Part shown: piece after piece, positions 14,444 to 28,400 of the stretch
How the letters are laid out: each line of letters opens with the position of its first letter
Position numbering within the stretch: the stretch's first letter is position 1
Made by a program: the position numbers and the translations under genes
The notes under the pieces: generated by a model
Seen by the model: only the letters and a program-made list of their open reading frames with translations
Databases searched by the model: none
What the model was told of the DNA's origin: nothing
Assembly: GCA_951406725.2 (NCBI GenBank)
Contig: OX597828.1
Span: 9,052,001 to 9,116,000, forward strand
Source: Octopus vulgaris
Lineage: Eukaryota
Direction of reading: 5' to 3'
DNA: 64,000 nt

Positions 14444-14874
14444 GTTGACCGATCAGGCAACTGCAAGTGCGTCAATGGGACAAAGGATGCAAATGTGATT
14501 TGAAAGCCCTGAGCATGATATTACTCGCTGAATAAATGGTGAATATTGGCATTCTTTTGGCTAATTATGATTAATGCTATTTTTATGGAATGAGGTTGGA
14601 TGTTTATGTTGTCTATACGATAAAGGCCTTGTTTATTTTATAGATTGTGGTGTTGAAAGGTACCTATTCGTACACACCTCACGCACACATACATACGCAC
14701 ACTTACTCACACATATATCCAGCGAAAATATGCGTGTGGATAGTGGGGGTGAGTGAGTGCATGGACATGTACCTGTTTGTGTACGTGCGACTGTGTATGC
14801 ACGCACACCAACAGGTATATACATAGGTGAATAATGTATGTCTGTGAGAGTAAAATACATATACACATATACAT

Positions 14875-14928
<54 letters not shown>

Positions 14929-14969
14929 CTGTATATATATATATATATATATAATTTATTTATTTCATT

Positions 14970-15240
14970 TATGCGCCCTTTTCAAGCCTAGCCAGGCTCA
15001 TGGGACCGGTTTCCCGATTTCTGTGGCGTATGTGTTGCCCACAGCTTGACGGAACGGCAATCCCTCGCAGTGTTACTCAAGAAAGAGAAAGAAAGAGTGA
15101 GCAAAAGTTAGGGCGAAAGAGTACAACAGGGGTCGCCACTACGTACTGCCAGAGCCTCGAGGAGCTTTAGGTGTTTTCCCGGTCTGGGAATCGAAACCGC
15201 GAGTCTGCTGCCCTAACCACTGGCCCATTGTCCCTCCACT
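14970..15240 (-). mobile_element. tRNA-derived SINE, family C (subfamily with AAACCGG...CTAGGCTTGAAAAGG 3' end)
   Basis: Reverse complement of the head at 54001 (CAGTGGTTAGGGCAGC...GGTTTCGATTC) and of the 3' end at 54560-54657. Confidence 0.8.
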
Positions 15241-15267
15241 ATATATATATATATACATACATATACG

Positions 15268-15316
<49 letters not shown>

Positions 15317-16184
15317 CATATGTACGCATAATATATATATATATATATATATGTATGCACTCATGTAAATTGATTTCCAAGTTTTCTTAAGTATTCATTA
15401 TACTGAAAAGCACGACCAGCGCCTCCGATGTCCTTGCGAGAAACTAGTCCTGTTCTTTTATGAGAAACAAAGACAATTAAGACCCCAACCGAAGTGTAAT
15501 AAAGCATATCAATAGAAGGTTTATTTTTATAAATAATAGCTTCAAAGAAACGTTCATTAGCCTTGATAAACTTGCTGGGGTCAAGGTAAGGTACCCTGTC
15601 TTTGAAACTTCTTAAAATTGTATAGGAGCATCACTAGTTAATGAAGATGTGCATTCGAAATTGCAGCGAATTTGTCATATCAACTTCACCGATTGATAGA
15701 TTTATATTTTGTTATTAGTTTTAAAAGTGATTGACATTATATGAAAACTCAATGAAAGCTTTTTAAAGAGAAGGCGTGAATGACCTCTGAGTTTTTTCTC
15801 ATGTCTTTACGCAAATACCCAGACACATATATATATAAGTACATGTTTATCTGCTTGTGTGTGTGTGAGAGAGAGGGAGAGAGAGATAGACAGAGACAGA
15901 GAGAAAGAAGGAAAGATAGAGAAAAAAGCAATAGAGAAAAGGAATGTACGCCTGCTTGTGTGAACATCTGTGGGCATGTGTGTATTTTTTGTTGCTCTAT
16001 GCAAATTAAAGGAAAACAACAGCCAACTCCATATACTTATAGCAGAGTACTAATTATTCATTTCGCAGAGTCTAAGGCTTCAGGTTTTTCTTCATGTCTA
16101 ATGTTCGATGAGCTGTCCAACGTTTATGATAAATCGACAAGCGTGTAACCCGGAATACTGGCAGTATAAAGTAGTAGCTCCCCT

Positions 16185-16223
<39 letters not shown>

Positions 16224-16550
16224 TCACACACACACACACACACACACATACACACATTTACGCACCTACTGTAAAACATCAAAGCAACTGAATGTAAAAA
16301 TTAATTAAAATAAATGATTCCTCGTTCAGAAAATTATAAAAGATTTGTATTCAATTCATTAGGACGGATTATTTTGAATTAGGTATATGTGTAATTAATA
16401 AGGATTGAAAATGTATTTATTGACTACGTCACGTGTGTTACTTTTAAAGGTTTTGTTTTCAACTTGCTTTTCGATGGTGAATTTGAGTGCTTGTTTGAGT
16501 GAATTTCAGGAATTGTTTATTAAATAGAAAAGTAAATTTTGATGGAAGTG

Positions 16551-16608
<58 letters not shown>

Positions 16609-18732
16609 GCTTAGCTACTGTTTTACTGCTTCTATTCTTCTAAAACTTTGAAATGTTCAAGGATTACAGCTACGTTACTTAGTAAAGGGGTCATTCAACA
16701 GAAATATTACTTTGTTGTTTGAAGAAGATGTGCTCTTATTACCCTTCGGTCGGGGCTCTAAGTTGACTTTGTTTCTCACAACAAGAAGAAATTATCTCTG
16801 TTCCTTAAGCGCATTCAATGGATATTTTTCTCCAAACTGTATTGTTTCCATATCTATACCTATACGATACGCAATAATATAATCTGAATGAGAAGAACAA
16901 AATTTGGTGTCAACGGCTATCCACGAAGCAGCCGCGAGATTTTGCGGGGTTTTACTAATTCATATTTGGAAACATGGGTTTTTGTTCAATATCCTTAAAC
17001 AATCCTTATCCGTTGGTATCGTTCAATCCGTTGTTTTCCTTATTTTCTCTACGGTCAGTGACTTCCATATCACGTTAATACTAAGTTAATTAAATCAACA
17101 TAACTCTGTTTATTTTTAATATGAGTTAGCTTTAAGGCTAAATCAAAATGAAATTAAGAAAGCATTTCCAAGGTATGTGCATTTTAATCTTAATCTAAAG
17201 TAGAATAATTGTTGACAGTGTGTCGCAAATTATATCTTTGAATTTAAGTTGTAGTGCCACTGCCAGACTACTGGACATCTTCGGGTGACACAATTTGATT
17301 TACAAGCATTGTGTTGACTTGAGACTATAGATATGTATCGATTTGCACAAGTGGGCATGCAGTGTCTCCGACCAGTGAAACACATAATTGCAGAAAAAAG
17401 TCTTAAAGGTTTGTATCCCGAACAAAGATCATAATGGTTTGTATCCCGAAAGTTTTAGATTACATCCGATAATAAAACTCCTGCTGATATATAAAATTTC
17501 AGATTACAGACTTTAGTTTACTGTATCACTTACGATCTCCGCTATGATAGGCTATCTACTAAGAGAACAATATCTAATACCGTGAAACCTTTGTACATTT
17601 TGTACCCAACAATGCGTCATTCTAATATTTAAACGAAACATTTGGTTCCTCTTCTGTTATAAAGTGTTAAGACTGATTACAGAATTTAACTATCCTTGTC
17701 TAAGTTATGCACCGAACATACCAAGCTAAGCCACATCGAAAGCTTACAGATGTTATGCGAACTGCCATTCATTCTAATATTAAAATATGTTTTAAAAAAT
17801 GTTGATTAACTGACCGATGAAACAGTAATTGATACAGAAAACATTACAATGATTAATCAAATGGATTGCCCACCTAACTAAAAAGAATAACAAAAAAATC
17901 GAACTATCAATCTCGCTATTATATTGCTATTGGTCACACAATGTTATTATATAGAGGTTTCATATTAATTTTTTTGTCACATGTTACTAAAATATGCATG
18001 AATCATATTGATATTGTTCCCATGATACTAAACTATAGACGCATAATATTAATTTTAATCACAATTTATACCACTCTAGACACATTATATTAATATTTTA
18101 GTCGAGCACTGTGAATTGCACCTCGCAGCTATAAGTAAGTTGGGTGCTTATTGTGATTTCAATTCTCTCTATCAACCATTTCAATCTATTTCTTTTCTGA
18201 TATCAGTAGGAGCAACTTCAGCATCCCATTCTGCTGTGGATATAAAACCCTGAGCGTACATAAATAATTAATGTCATCATTTACGAGTAATTAATATTAG
18301 AAGTAAGCTCTTTAATGATCAAGTCTGTTAGTGAAATTTTGATAATAACATAAATTGTATTTACAAATGTTGATACTCTCCAAAAAAGGATGAACATTGC
18401 GTTGTTTTCCTTATTTTCTCTACGGTCAGTGACTTCCATACACAAAACGAAGTAATGTGAGATGTCGAAACCACAAAAGACACTTCTGAAATTAGATTTA
18501 ACGTATTTAATGTATGAAATATTAAAAAAAAAATCTAAGTAGTATAATTTATGAATCGTGAATAAAATATTATAATTAACCAACTAATATTATTTTCAGT
18601 TGTAACTTTTGTACTTGCTAACAAAGTGCTAAAATGTAATAAAGGTGACAGAAACAGTCTTGTGACTCACAAGATATACAAGTATTGAAATTAAGTCACA
18701 TTGTAGAAATGTTGTTACCAAACGTTTTCTGT

Positions 18733-18880
18733 GTTGGAATTTCCAGCGACTTCGAGGACTACCTCCCAGTGGTGTCGGGCGTCAACGAAGAGCCCTCAAC
18801 TACAACAAGACGACCAAAGATTTTTTTCCAAGGTCTGTGGTCTTCCGCCCCTAAGCCCTAGACCATCACCTATTCAGCCT
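18733..18880 (+). pseudogene. Possible highly decayed Tc1/mariner transposase fragment
   Basis: Weak frameshifted resemblance to the FQQD and WPPxSPDLNP motifs (W-N-F-Q...; F-S-K...P-P-L-S-P). GC-richer than the flanks. Confidence 0.25.
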
Positions 18881-19024
18881 TGTTGCTTAACAACAACAAC
18901 CACAACAACAACAGCACAGATTACATGGATCTGAAAAACTACGTAACTTACTTGTATGTAAACATTAGTAGATATCTTATGAACGTAATTTTTTTGTCAG
19001 TTTTTTTTACTTTAACTCTTGGTT

Positions 19025-19368
19025 ACTGACAATATGTGAATTATAGCCATGTGCTGAGAGAGATTTTGCGGGGTTTTACTAATTCATATTTGGAAACATG
19101 GGTTTTTGTTCAATATCCTTAAACAATCCTTATACAGGAACATTTTAAGCGGGAAGGGCTACTCGACCTGAAGGAAAATTATAAGTGGGTCCTACCCGGA
19201 AGATCATGTGCTGTTTATCATGATAAGGGATCACCATGCCATGCACATATGATTATGATGCACGTGCCTGATGCACCCTTATCAGACGGGTTGTCATGAT
19301 GGGTATATTGGGCTTCGTATATTACTAATCCGGTGTTACTTTGATGGCATGCGCTGCTCTCTCACTCA
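19025..19368 (+). mobile_element. Repeat family L copy, followed by an (AAT)/(GAT) tail to 19559
   Basis: Homologous to 12100-12463, with the same 3' terminus GCTCTCTCACTCA. Confidence 0.75.
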
Positions 19369-19406
19369 ATAATAATAATAATGATGATGATGATGATGAT
19401 GACGAC

Positions 19407-19540
<134 letters not shown>

Positions 19541-20848
19541 TAATAATAATAATAATAATGAGAAGCCAATCATCAATGGATCGGTATGCAGATAACAGAA
19601 TATAGTGCATTGAACGCGAACGGATCATACGAACCTAACTTAAAACACAATAGATTTGTGAGTTACACCAATAGTAATACACTTGATAGATGATACTCTA
19701 AACAAAATCTTAACTTCAAAATAAGGGATAATTGCCCATTACATTTAAGGTAATAGATAATTGCTAGATCCTAAATAGACGGAGACTCTCTACAAAGTGA
19801 TGCATTGGAGCAACTGTTAATTTTAAGCAACGAGTCTCAGCACATATGAATTCTTTTAAATATGAAAAGCGGTAAATCTACTTCACTGTCAGAACACGTA
19901 TGCTAACGTAACAAAAAATATCATACGATGTAACTTGGTCCATTTCTGACCGGGATCCTCCTTACCAAGGCTAAAATGCTCCGTGTTTATCATGATTGAG
20001 AGATTCTACACATACTGTCATACATCTCAATTATTAAAGGAACAACATGAAACGTTCTCCCTTTGTGTTCATAAATTCTTGAATACCTGTTTGAATTTAT
20101 CACAAATCTAAATGCTGTAGAAGGCATAACTCTGTATAACACTCTTAAAATTTACATTCGCTGAGACGTAGTTGATATATGGCAGAGGCCTCTTTAATTA
20201 AATTAGTATATTTACCTTATCACTTGCTTTTGTCTGTTTTGTTCTTCTGTCTTTAACCCGCAATACAACATTTTATTCCTATAGCAATCACTTATATTTT
20301 CACTTTTCACGTAGCTTATAATTTATATATTACCTATATATTAAGCAGTAGTTAAATTAAATTAATATATTTACTTTATTTAATTTATTTATAGAATCTA
20401 TTAATTTGCTCTATTTTAATTCACTTATACTTAATAAGATGCAACTTACTGTATTCGAATCTAGTTATAACTTAATATATCATTTACTTGCAGTGAACTT
20501 AAACTTTTAATATTTTTATATCTTTACAGCTGACTCCATTATAACCTGTTGAAGTTAACCCTTGATCTTTTTATTCCTGTTCCTTATAACCTCTACCTTA
20601 ATAATTCCCACCATATAACAAGGCGGAATCAATAGGCTAAACTGCTATTATCTACTGCATTGGCTTTCTCTGTCTTGTTTACAACCCTCAAACCTTACTC
20701 CTTCACCCTTGACTTTCTCATATTACCAACACACACTGGACGTTTGTGTTCTTCTTCGTTCTTATGGTCTCCTTCGTAACTTATCACTGAACTTCCTCTT
20801 CCATACTTATTCTGTATCCCCAATTCCTTTATATGTGTGTTTTTGTGT

Positions 20849-20998
20849 GTGTGGTAAGGAGCTACATTCTTAACCACATGGTTCCTAGTTCAGTCCCACT
20901 GCGTGGTACCTTCGCTCAGTGTATTCTAATATAGCGTCAGGCCGGCCAGAGACTTGACAGGGGATTATGTTGACCGAAACTGAAAGAAGCCCATCATT

Positions 20999-21059
<61 letters not shown>

Positions 21060-21280
21060 TGGTGTGTGTATGGCGTGTGTACGGATGTGCGTGTGTTTGT
21101 ACTCCTACCATCACTTGGCAACTAAGGCTGATATGTTCATGTTCCCGTAATTTAGCGGTTCCGCAAAAGAGACTGAAAGAATAAGTACTTCTAATGAATA
21201 AGTCCTGGTGTCGATTTCTTTGACTAAAATCAAGGAGGTACTCCAGCATGGCCGTAGTGAAACGTCTGAAAGAAGAAAAA
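20849..21280 (+). mobile_element. SINE family A
   Basis: TGTGGTAAG...AACCACATGGTTCCTAGTTCAGTCCCACTGCGTGG...GAAACTGAAAGAAGCCC...CTCCAGCATGGCCG. Confidence 0.88.
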
Positions 21281-21831
21281 TAATAATAGAATAGACACAC
21301 AGCCATGTGTGCCTGTGTGTGTGTTTACGTGTGTGCGTGTACATATATCCGTCAAACTATTGTGTTATGTATGCCATCATCATACCAGTTAGTTCATATC
21401 TTCATGCGTTCATAATTCTATCAATCCTTTATTCCGTCATATATTCCTCACATGCCTTCCACTCATAACCTGTCTCACTATCTCTTTGGCGATGAAACTG
21501 GTAACTATTAATATATTTTGCTAAATATATTCCTAATTCTTTAACGGCGGAACTGGTAACAGCTATATTGTTAATATAGGAAATTCCTGAATTCTTCTTC
21601 TCTGAAGATGGAATACATGATTTCCTTGCTTATTCTTGCTTTTGTTTCCAATACATATTCTGCTGCTTAATTAGGAACCACTTATAACTATGCATTGCTT
21701 CTCAGCTACAACACAACTTTTCTTTTAGTCTTAGGAGAAGTCGGAATTTTATAGCTACGCCGAACCCAGGATTTATTTACTATACGTTATAGCGTTACAT
21801 CATTAAACGCAATTTTATATGTACGCTATTA

Positions 21832-21970
<139 letters not shown>

Positions 21971-22269
21971 ATATCTATTTTTCTATTGATTTATATATCT
22001 CTATATATAGACATACGTCTTCTAACTCTCTCTTCAATATTTTCTCTTTAAAATTAAAATATTTCTCCCAGTGTTTGCTATTTCCCCCTCGTTATAGTCT
22101 AACGAGCCTCTATTTTTTTATTTTCGTTCGGGTCCCTTGTATGTATCCACTGTCCTGTTTCTGTTCCCAACTTTGACCGTCCTGAAATCCAAAATTTTAT
22201 TTTAGCATTTATGGGAGCAACTGTCTTCGAAGACTCATATTAACGTTGAATGTTCAAAATAAGGAGTAG

Positions 22270-22410
22270 AAAGCCGACAACTGTTGAAAGGCCGTTCTTT
22301 CTGTTACTTGTCCTGTTTGCAAAAATTACTCTCGTTGTTTGAGTATTTAACTCACTTGTATTCGTACTTCATGTTGTTTACTGCAGGCGACGTTCTGTAC
22401 CGATATATGC
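22270..22410 (+). mobile_element. Interspersed repeat family P, possibly PLE-derived; probably extends upstream to ~22030
   Basis: AAAGCCGACAACTG(T/A)TGAA...GTATTTAACTCA...TTCATGTTGTTTAC...CTGTACC is homologous to the reverse complement of 45521-45645. Confidence 0.65.
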
Positions 22411-22735
22411 ATACACATATATATAATATAAATTATATATATATATATAATTTATATTATATATAGATAGATGGATATATAGATATACATATATATGTGT
22501 ACGTATATAGATGCATATACATAAACATAATCTCACACATGCAAATACAGATACAAACATACACACGCTTTCATACGCCTACATGCTCACATGCACTCAT
22601 TTATATATACATACATATACTCACACACATACGCACACACACACATATATATATATTTATATATGTATATATATATATATTATATATATATTATATATAT
22701 ATATATAGAGAGAGAGAGAGAAAGAAAGAGATAGT

Positions 22736-22801
<66 letters not shown>

Positions 22802-23289
22802 TAGATATAAGCTTATAAATATATCTATATAATAAAGACGTTATGCATAGAAGATCATATAGAAGCCACGATAATAAAGAGATCAATGAAAAATACATCG
22901 TCAAATCGCAATTTGTTTAAACATTGCAGTTGATCCATTGGACCCCTCTGGTACTTAAACCAGCAATGGTTTCTATCTTGCGTATTGCCTAATCATTTTA
23001 ATCTCTGATGATTTGGAATTATCACTACTTTATATTAATTTACATGAAATTAATTTTCATTTATTACTTAGCTTAATTATGCAATTATAGATTTAATTGT
23101 GTTTACTTCTAATGAAACAGCTGTTGAGGGTAATTATAGTGTGATTTATCTGTTAAACTTAGGCTTTTCTGCCTGACGTACAGCAGATGGTCATAAGCTT
23201 TAGTACATTAAAGAGCATATCTTAAATACTGTCCATGTTGTGTCTTTAATTTCTGTATTTAATTATTTTTAAATGCAACACAAGACCAA

Positions 23290-23460
23290 TAACCTTAAGC
23301 GGAGTGATTTAACGTGGACCTCAGTGTTCAGGTGGCACATATTTAACCCCATATCCCAATCTAAATGAGAAAAGGCTAACTCGACTCCGGCGAAATTTCA
23401 CCTCAGTACGTAAAGATGGGAAAATGCTCCTTATAATTTTAGATTCCGCCGGCTGGCCGT
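23290..23460 (-). mobile_element. SINE family B, degenerate
   Basis: AAAGGCTAACTCGACTCCGGCGAAATTTCACCTCAGTACGTAAAGA...GATTCCGCC matches the reverse complement of family B. Confidence 0.55.
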
Positions 23461-24040
23461 CTTTCTATTAGCAGCATAAGTACCACATTTCTCCCGAGAT
23501 TTTGCTCTATGACTTTAAGTAATACCGAAATTGACTTACCCATTCATGATCATGTTGTAAATATAATAGTTATCTGTGACGCACTGGTGTCGATGGAATT
23601 GACAACACAACACTCCTCACAAAAAGGAAAATCTAAAAGAATTTATAGGTATTTGTGCCAGAAGGGGAAAAGAAAATTGTTTAGCTGGCCACCTGATAAG
23701 AATCCTTACAGATAAGAACAGTTAAAACAAAAAAGACAAAATTACGTAGTAATGTTTCTCCTTTATATTGTAATGCATAATTCACTACAGTCAATTTTCT
23801 CGTAATTCACTACAGTAAAAATTTCACAAAAATTTGCCGAAACTTTCCGGAATAATCAAGTCTCAAAAAACCGGTAGGCCGGCATATCCCTCAGATTTTC
23901 GTTAAGTGGTATGTAGAACACAACATATAATAAATTCTCTCTAACTACAGTATCATGCAGTGTGAACACCTTTCCAGTTCAATTTCAATGCGTATTATTT
24001 GGTAGTAGCCCTCTTGTAACATGCGCTGGCTATTGAGTGT

Positions 24041-24376
24041 GTCTATGTGGTAAGAAGCTTGCTTCCTAACCACATGGTCCCGGATTCGGTCCTACTTCGT
24101 GGCATCTTGGGCACATTTCGTCTACTATAGCCTCGGTCCGACCAAAGCCCTTTGAGTGCACTTGGTATACATATTAGTCATATGTATGTAACATTGTGTC
24201 TGTGTTTGCCCCCAAACCATCGCTTGACAACCGATGTTGATGTGTTTATGTTTCTGCGGTTAAGCAAAAGAGATGGATAGAATAAGTCTTGGGGTCGATT
24301 TGTTCGACTACATGTGGTTCTCCAGATTTGTCACTGCAAATAACTGACACGTGTAATAGAGTAAAGTAAAAGAGTA
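24041..24376 (+). mobile_element. SINE family A
   Basis: TGTGGTAAGAAGCTTGCTTCCTAACCACATGG...CTACTATAGCCTCGGTCCGACCAAAGCC...CGCTTGACAACCGATG...GTAAAAGAG. Confidence 0.88.
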
Positions 24377-24559
24377 ATATGTATCAGTAAGACCCAAAGG
24401 TGTGAGGTAATGCTGAGTAAGTGCTATGGATAGACCATAGTTAAGCTCCAGGTTCGGTGATTATGCGAATAAGGAGTGCAACGTACACACGTTCATTTAA
24501 ACTTAGGTGAAAACCGAAGACAACTAAAACAGCTAACAACAACAGGCATCGCCACACAC

Positions 24560-26045
24560 ATACCTTCTCCAAAAATATAGATAGCACTCCTTTATCTAAA
24601 ATCTTAGCACTATTCCCAGACCCCTTAAAAAGCATCGGATGCTCTATTCTGTAGTACACGCCCCCATTCTCACTTAACGTTAAGAACTTAGCTAAATTCT
24701 TCTTTAAAATACTAGACTCTAACTTCCTGAAACTATTTTATTCTACTTCAGCTAGCTTTGCATCTATTGCAGCAGCCTCTAATAAGCAAAAGTTTGCTCT
24801 TTAATATCAAAACTACAACTCTAGTCATACGAACACTCAACACACACAGCTCCAGCACAGATACCCATACATTAGACGACAACCACAACCCAAACATGAC
24901 ACTACCCGGGACACCACCACAATCTCTACCACCCATACAAACAGTACAATTAATAACAACAATCGTAATAATAGCAATGATGGTAATGATAACGTTAATA
25001 ATACTAATAATATAGAATACTCAACACCCTTCTTTAATCTCTCCTGTGACGATAATACTTCTATTCATGAACACAGTCCCCAAAATTCACCGAATTGTAA
25101 TTGCCGTCCTCGAACCATCTGCCCGTTACAAAACTATTGCAGAAGATATAATGTAATTTACAAATGTATATATACCTGCGTGTACAGGGGCGATAATACA
25201 TACTTATACAGATACACGTATATATGCGTGTGCATGTATACATATACATAGGAGTACGAGTTGTCTATGTAGATATTGATATGTATAAACATCTGTATAA
25301 ATACATATACATGTCTAATATATAGATATGTATACATCTTCACATATATATTTTCTTCTACAACTAAGCATTGGCCTGTCCAACAACCTAATCTATATTC
25401 TTAAATTCTTCATTCCATACTACTACCCCTCTATCTCCCCATCACTTAGACTCTATCGCTACATAACTGACGCTCCTTTACTTTCTATACCTCTCTCTAT
25501 CTATCACCCCCATTCCTTCTATCTTTTTACACTCCAATACCTTTCACTCTCTATCACGCTTATCTCCCCATTCCTACTTTATCTTGACTGACCCCTAACT
25601 GGTACACTTTCCCTTATTATCTCTCTATTTTTTTCTTCTTCTTTTTTTCTTTCTTTTCTTTATTCCTCTCTTCCTGCTTTTTCTTCTTTTTTTCTTTTTC
25701 TTCTTTTTCTTCTTTTCTTCTCTCATTTTCTCTATTTTCTTCTCTTTTCTTTATTCCTCTCGTCCTGTTTTCGATTTGACCTTACTAATACATTCCCTAC
25801 TCTACCATTCTGCCTAAATAATGGATCTACAAATGCCATATCCATGCACATCTCACATATATTTTCATTCCTCCACTTCACTCTCTAATTCGTATCTTAT
25901 CTAAATTGACTATTGCTTAACCATTTTCTCACACCGTTCCCGATGAAGGGATATAAAAATTATCCTGGAAACAGCTGTAAGACATTCTATTTATAAATGT
26001 TCTTAAATCTTCACAGCTTTGGACTTTTATCCCCATCCTGAAAAC
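24560..26045 (+). mobile_element. Decayed Penelope-like element: RT-linker/GIY-YIG region plus 3' pLTR with a minimal hammerhead motif
   Basis: 24643-24729 translates SIL*YTPPFSLNVKNLAKFFFKILDSNFL (PLE IIWFNPPxSxNV...FLxLID motif). 25093-25167 translates NCNCRPRTICPLQNYCRRYNVIYKC (Cys motif leading into GIY-YIG VIY). An HHR-like motif lies at 25936-25983. Confidence 0.75.
25936..25983 (+). ncRNA. Minimal type I hammerhead-like motif (degenerate)
   Basis: GTTC-CCGATGA-A-GGGATA/TATCCT-G-GAAA-CAGCTG-TA-AGAC, with a palindromic helix III. It lies at the 3' end of the PLE relic. Confidence 0.55.
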
Positions 26046-26052
26046 AAATTTA

Positions 26053-26083
<31 letters not shown>

Positions 26084-26084
26084 A

Positions 26085-26130
<46 letters not shown>

Positions 26131-26175
26131 GCTAGCTAGCTAGCTAGCTAGCTAGCTAGCTAGCTATCTAGCTAG

Positions 26176-26226
<51 letters not shown>
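26053..26226. repeat. Compound (ATCT)n-(AGCT)n-(AT)n microsatellite
   Basis: Direct reading. Confidence 0.95.
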
Positions 26227-26229
<3 letters not shown>

Positions 26230-26893
26230 GAGTGCACTGTGTGCCAATGTGTAATAATATATGTTGAAAGATAGTGGTTATATATAAGTGTGTGTAATTA
26301 CATTTAGTTCGTTGATATTTTGTCGGATGTGGAGGAAGCTTCTATCCGAAAATTATCTGGAGAGATGTATTCTCAGAAATGTGTTTCTTTACACCTTATC
26401 TATAAGAGAATGATGCATGAGAAAAGACATTTTACGGGTGATGGCATTCAACAATCGTTCGCAAGTGTTTCAACATTGATTATTACATTTTTCGTTCATA
26501 TCCCGCTAAGAAACAGCCACACTTATATTTAAACAGTTCGTAATACATTCACTGATGTGCGCAAATTTGAGACAAGCTTGAATTAATTAACTAAATGCAC
26601 AAGAAACAACATTTTTTTCAAATATATGTGAGTGCAGCTATATTTAGCACATGCGTGTACACGCGGATGCGGAAAGTCTGACGCCTCGGAAATTGTTTGG
26701 GACAAAAATTCCCTTTATAGGCAATACGTATGACAACACGCCAGCGAAATTCGAACGACATCGTCAGACGGTTTCCTTACGTAATGAAGCCTAACATGAA
26801 TATATGCATGAACGTCTATCGCCGACAGAGTGTATCCTAATATGTTAAGTATGATTGTAGCAACTTATAATTTAATCAAGCTACTTTGTTCAC

Positions 26894-26936
<43 letters not shown>

Positions 26937-27416
26937 TTTATATTCTGTATTATATAACAAATATTAATGATTATGTTCAAAGTATAATATTTGCAAAACA
27001 TCCCTATTTTTCACCATGTTTAATTAAATATATCGAAAACAAACAAAATATACACAATCAACTCTTGCGCGGCTGCATTAAACACAGCCATGTTTTATGA
27101 ATATATTTATATGCATGCATTCTTATATTCCCGTGTGGGCGTATTTGTTGTGTATATTCAAACGCATACACACACGCATACACATATAATTACCTACGGA
27201 CAAACATACATATGTACATATATAGACTAAAATCACGTCTAAATAGACATACATATAAAAAAATTAATTCGACGAAGATCAAATATATATACACTATGTG
27301 TGTATATACATATGTATGTACATTCATGTATATATATGCATATGTATGTATATGTATAAACACACAGATATATATCTATATTCATCTACATATGTATATA
27401 TATATATATTCATCCA

Positions 27417-27455
<39 letters not shown>

Positions 27456-28009
27456 GTGTGTGTGTATGAATGTGTGTGTCTGCATTACATAGTAATAAGA
27501 GTAATAAATATTTCGAAATTTGCAGTCTACTGCTCCGTAAACGTAATTACATTTCCAACTGAATCTTCAAAAGGTAAGTATTTGCTTCGTATTCTCCAGT
27601 AACTATATTTTTTTCGCTAATATAATTACTAATGTTTGCAAACAGCAATGATTTTTTTTTTACTTTTCATTCCCGTCCTTAGATCTAAAAAAAATATATA
27701 TAAAAAATATGAGTAATTAAAAAATAAAACAACTGTAAGTCGACGGTGACTAGAACAATATATACTCCATAATACATGGTTTGTAATCGTGTAATATATT
27801 AAGTAAAAAACACTTTGATAATTTCTGTTAATATGGATTTAGCTGCGTAATTAAAATAATTCTGTTATTGGCATAAACATTCATATCGATATCTACTCTG
27901 ATTTATCCATATTTAGAATTAAGCGTTGCATCTCATTCGTTTAAGTTTGTTATCCAACTAATTGTATTTTATGAATATTTTTGTGATTATTTCTGCTTCT
28001 ATGTTAAGG

Positions 28010-28400
28010 CAATGAAGTAACAGAATCCAAAGATTAAATGTTCTGTCGTATTTAGTTGTGGTGCTTTGCTTTAATAGTTCAAATACCGCTGTTGTCGAGT
28101 TTATCTTTCCTTCCTGAATTTACAAAATGCAGTACATCCTCTATGAGTGGTGATTTACTAAACATTCACAAAATTCGTGGTTTTGTTCCCATGGAATAAA
28201 CATGTATGTATACTTATTCATGGTTGGCTGGCATAATGTTGCGGTCATAGAACAAATTGTCTTGAGTTATTTCTTCTTTTTTATTAAGTTCTGAGTTCAA
28301 ACACTGTCGTGCTCAACTTTGACGTTGACGATTCCGGGGTCGATAAATAATACTGAAGTTCAAAACTAGAGTCAGGCAATTCAAGTATACTTCATAGCAC
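28010..28400 (+). mobile_element. Two old tandem SINE family B-like relics
   Basis: B-box remnants AGTTCAAATACCGC (28076) and TTCTGAGTTCAAACACTG (28289), and CCGGGGTCGATAAATAA. Confidence 0.45.
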
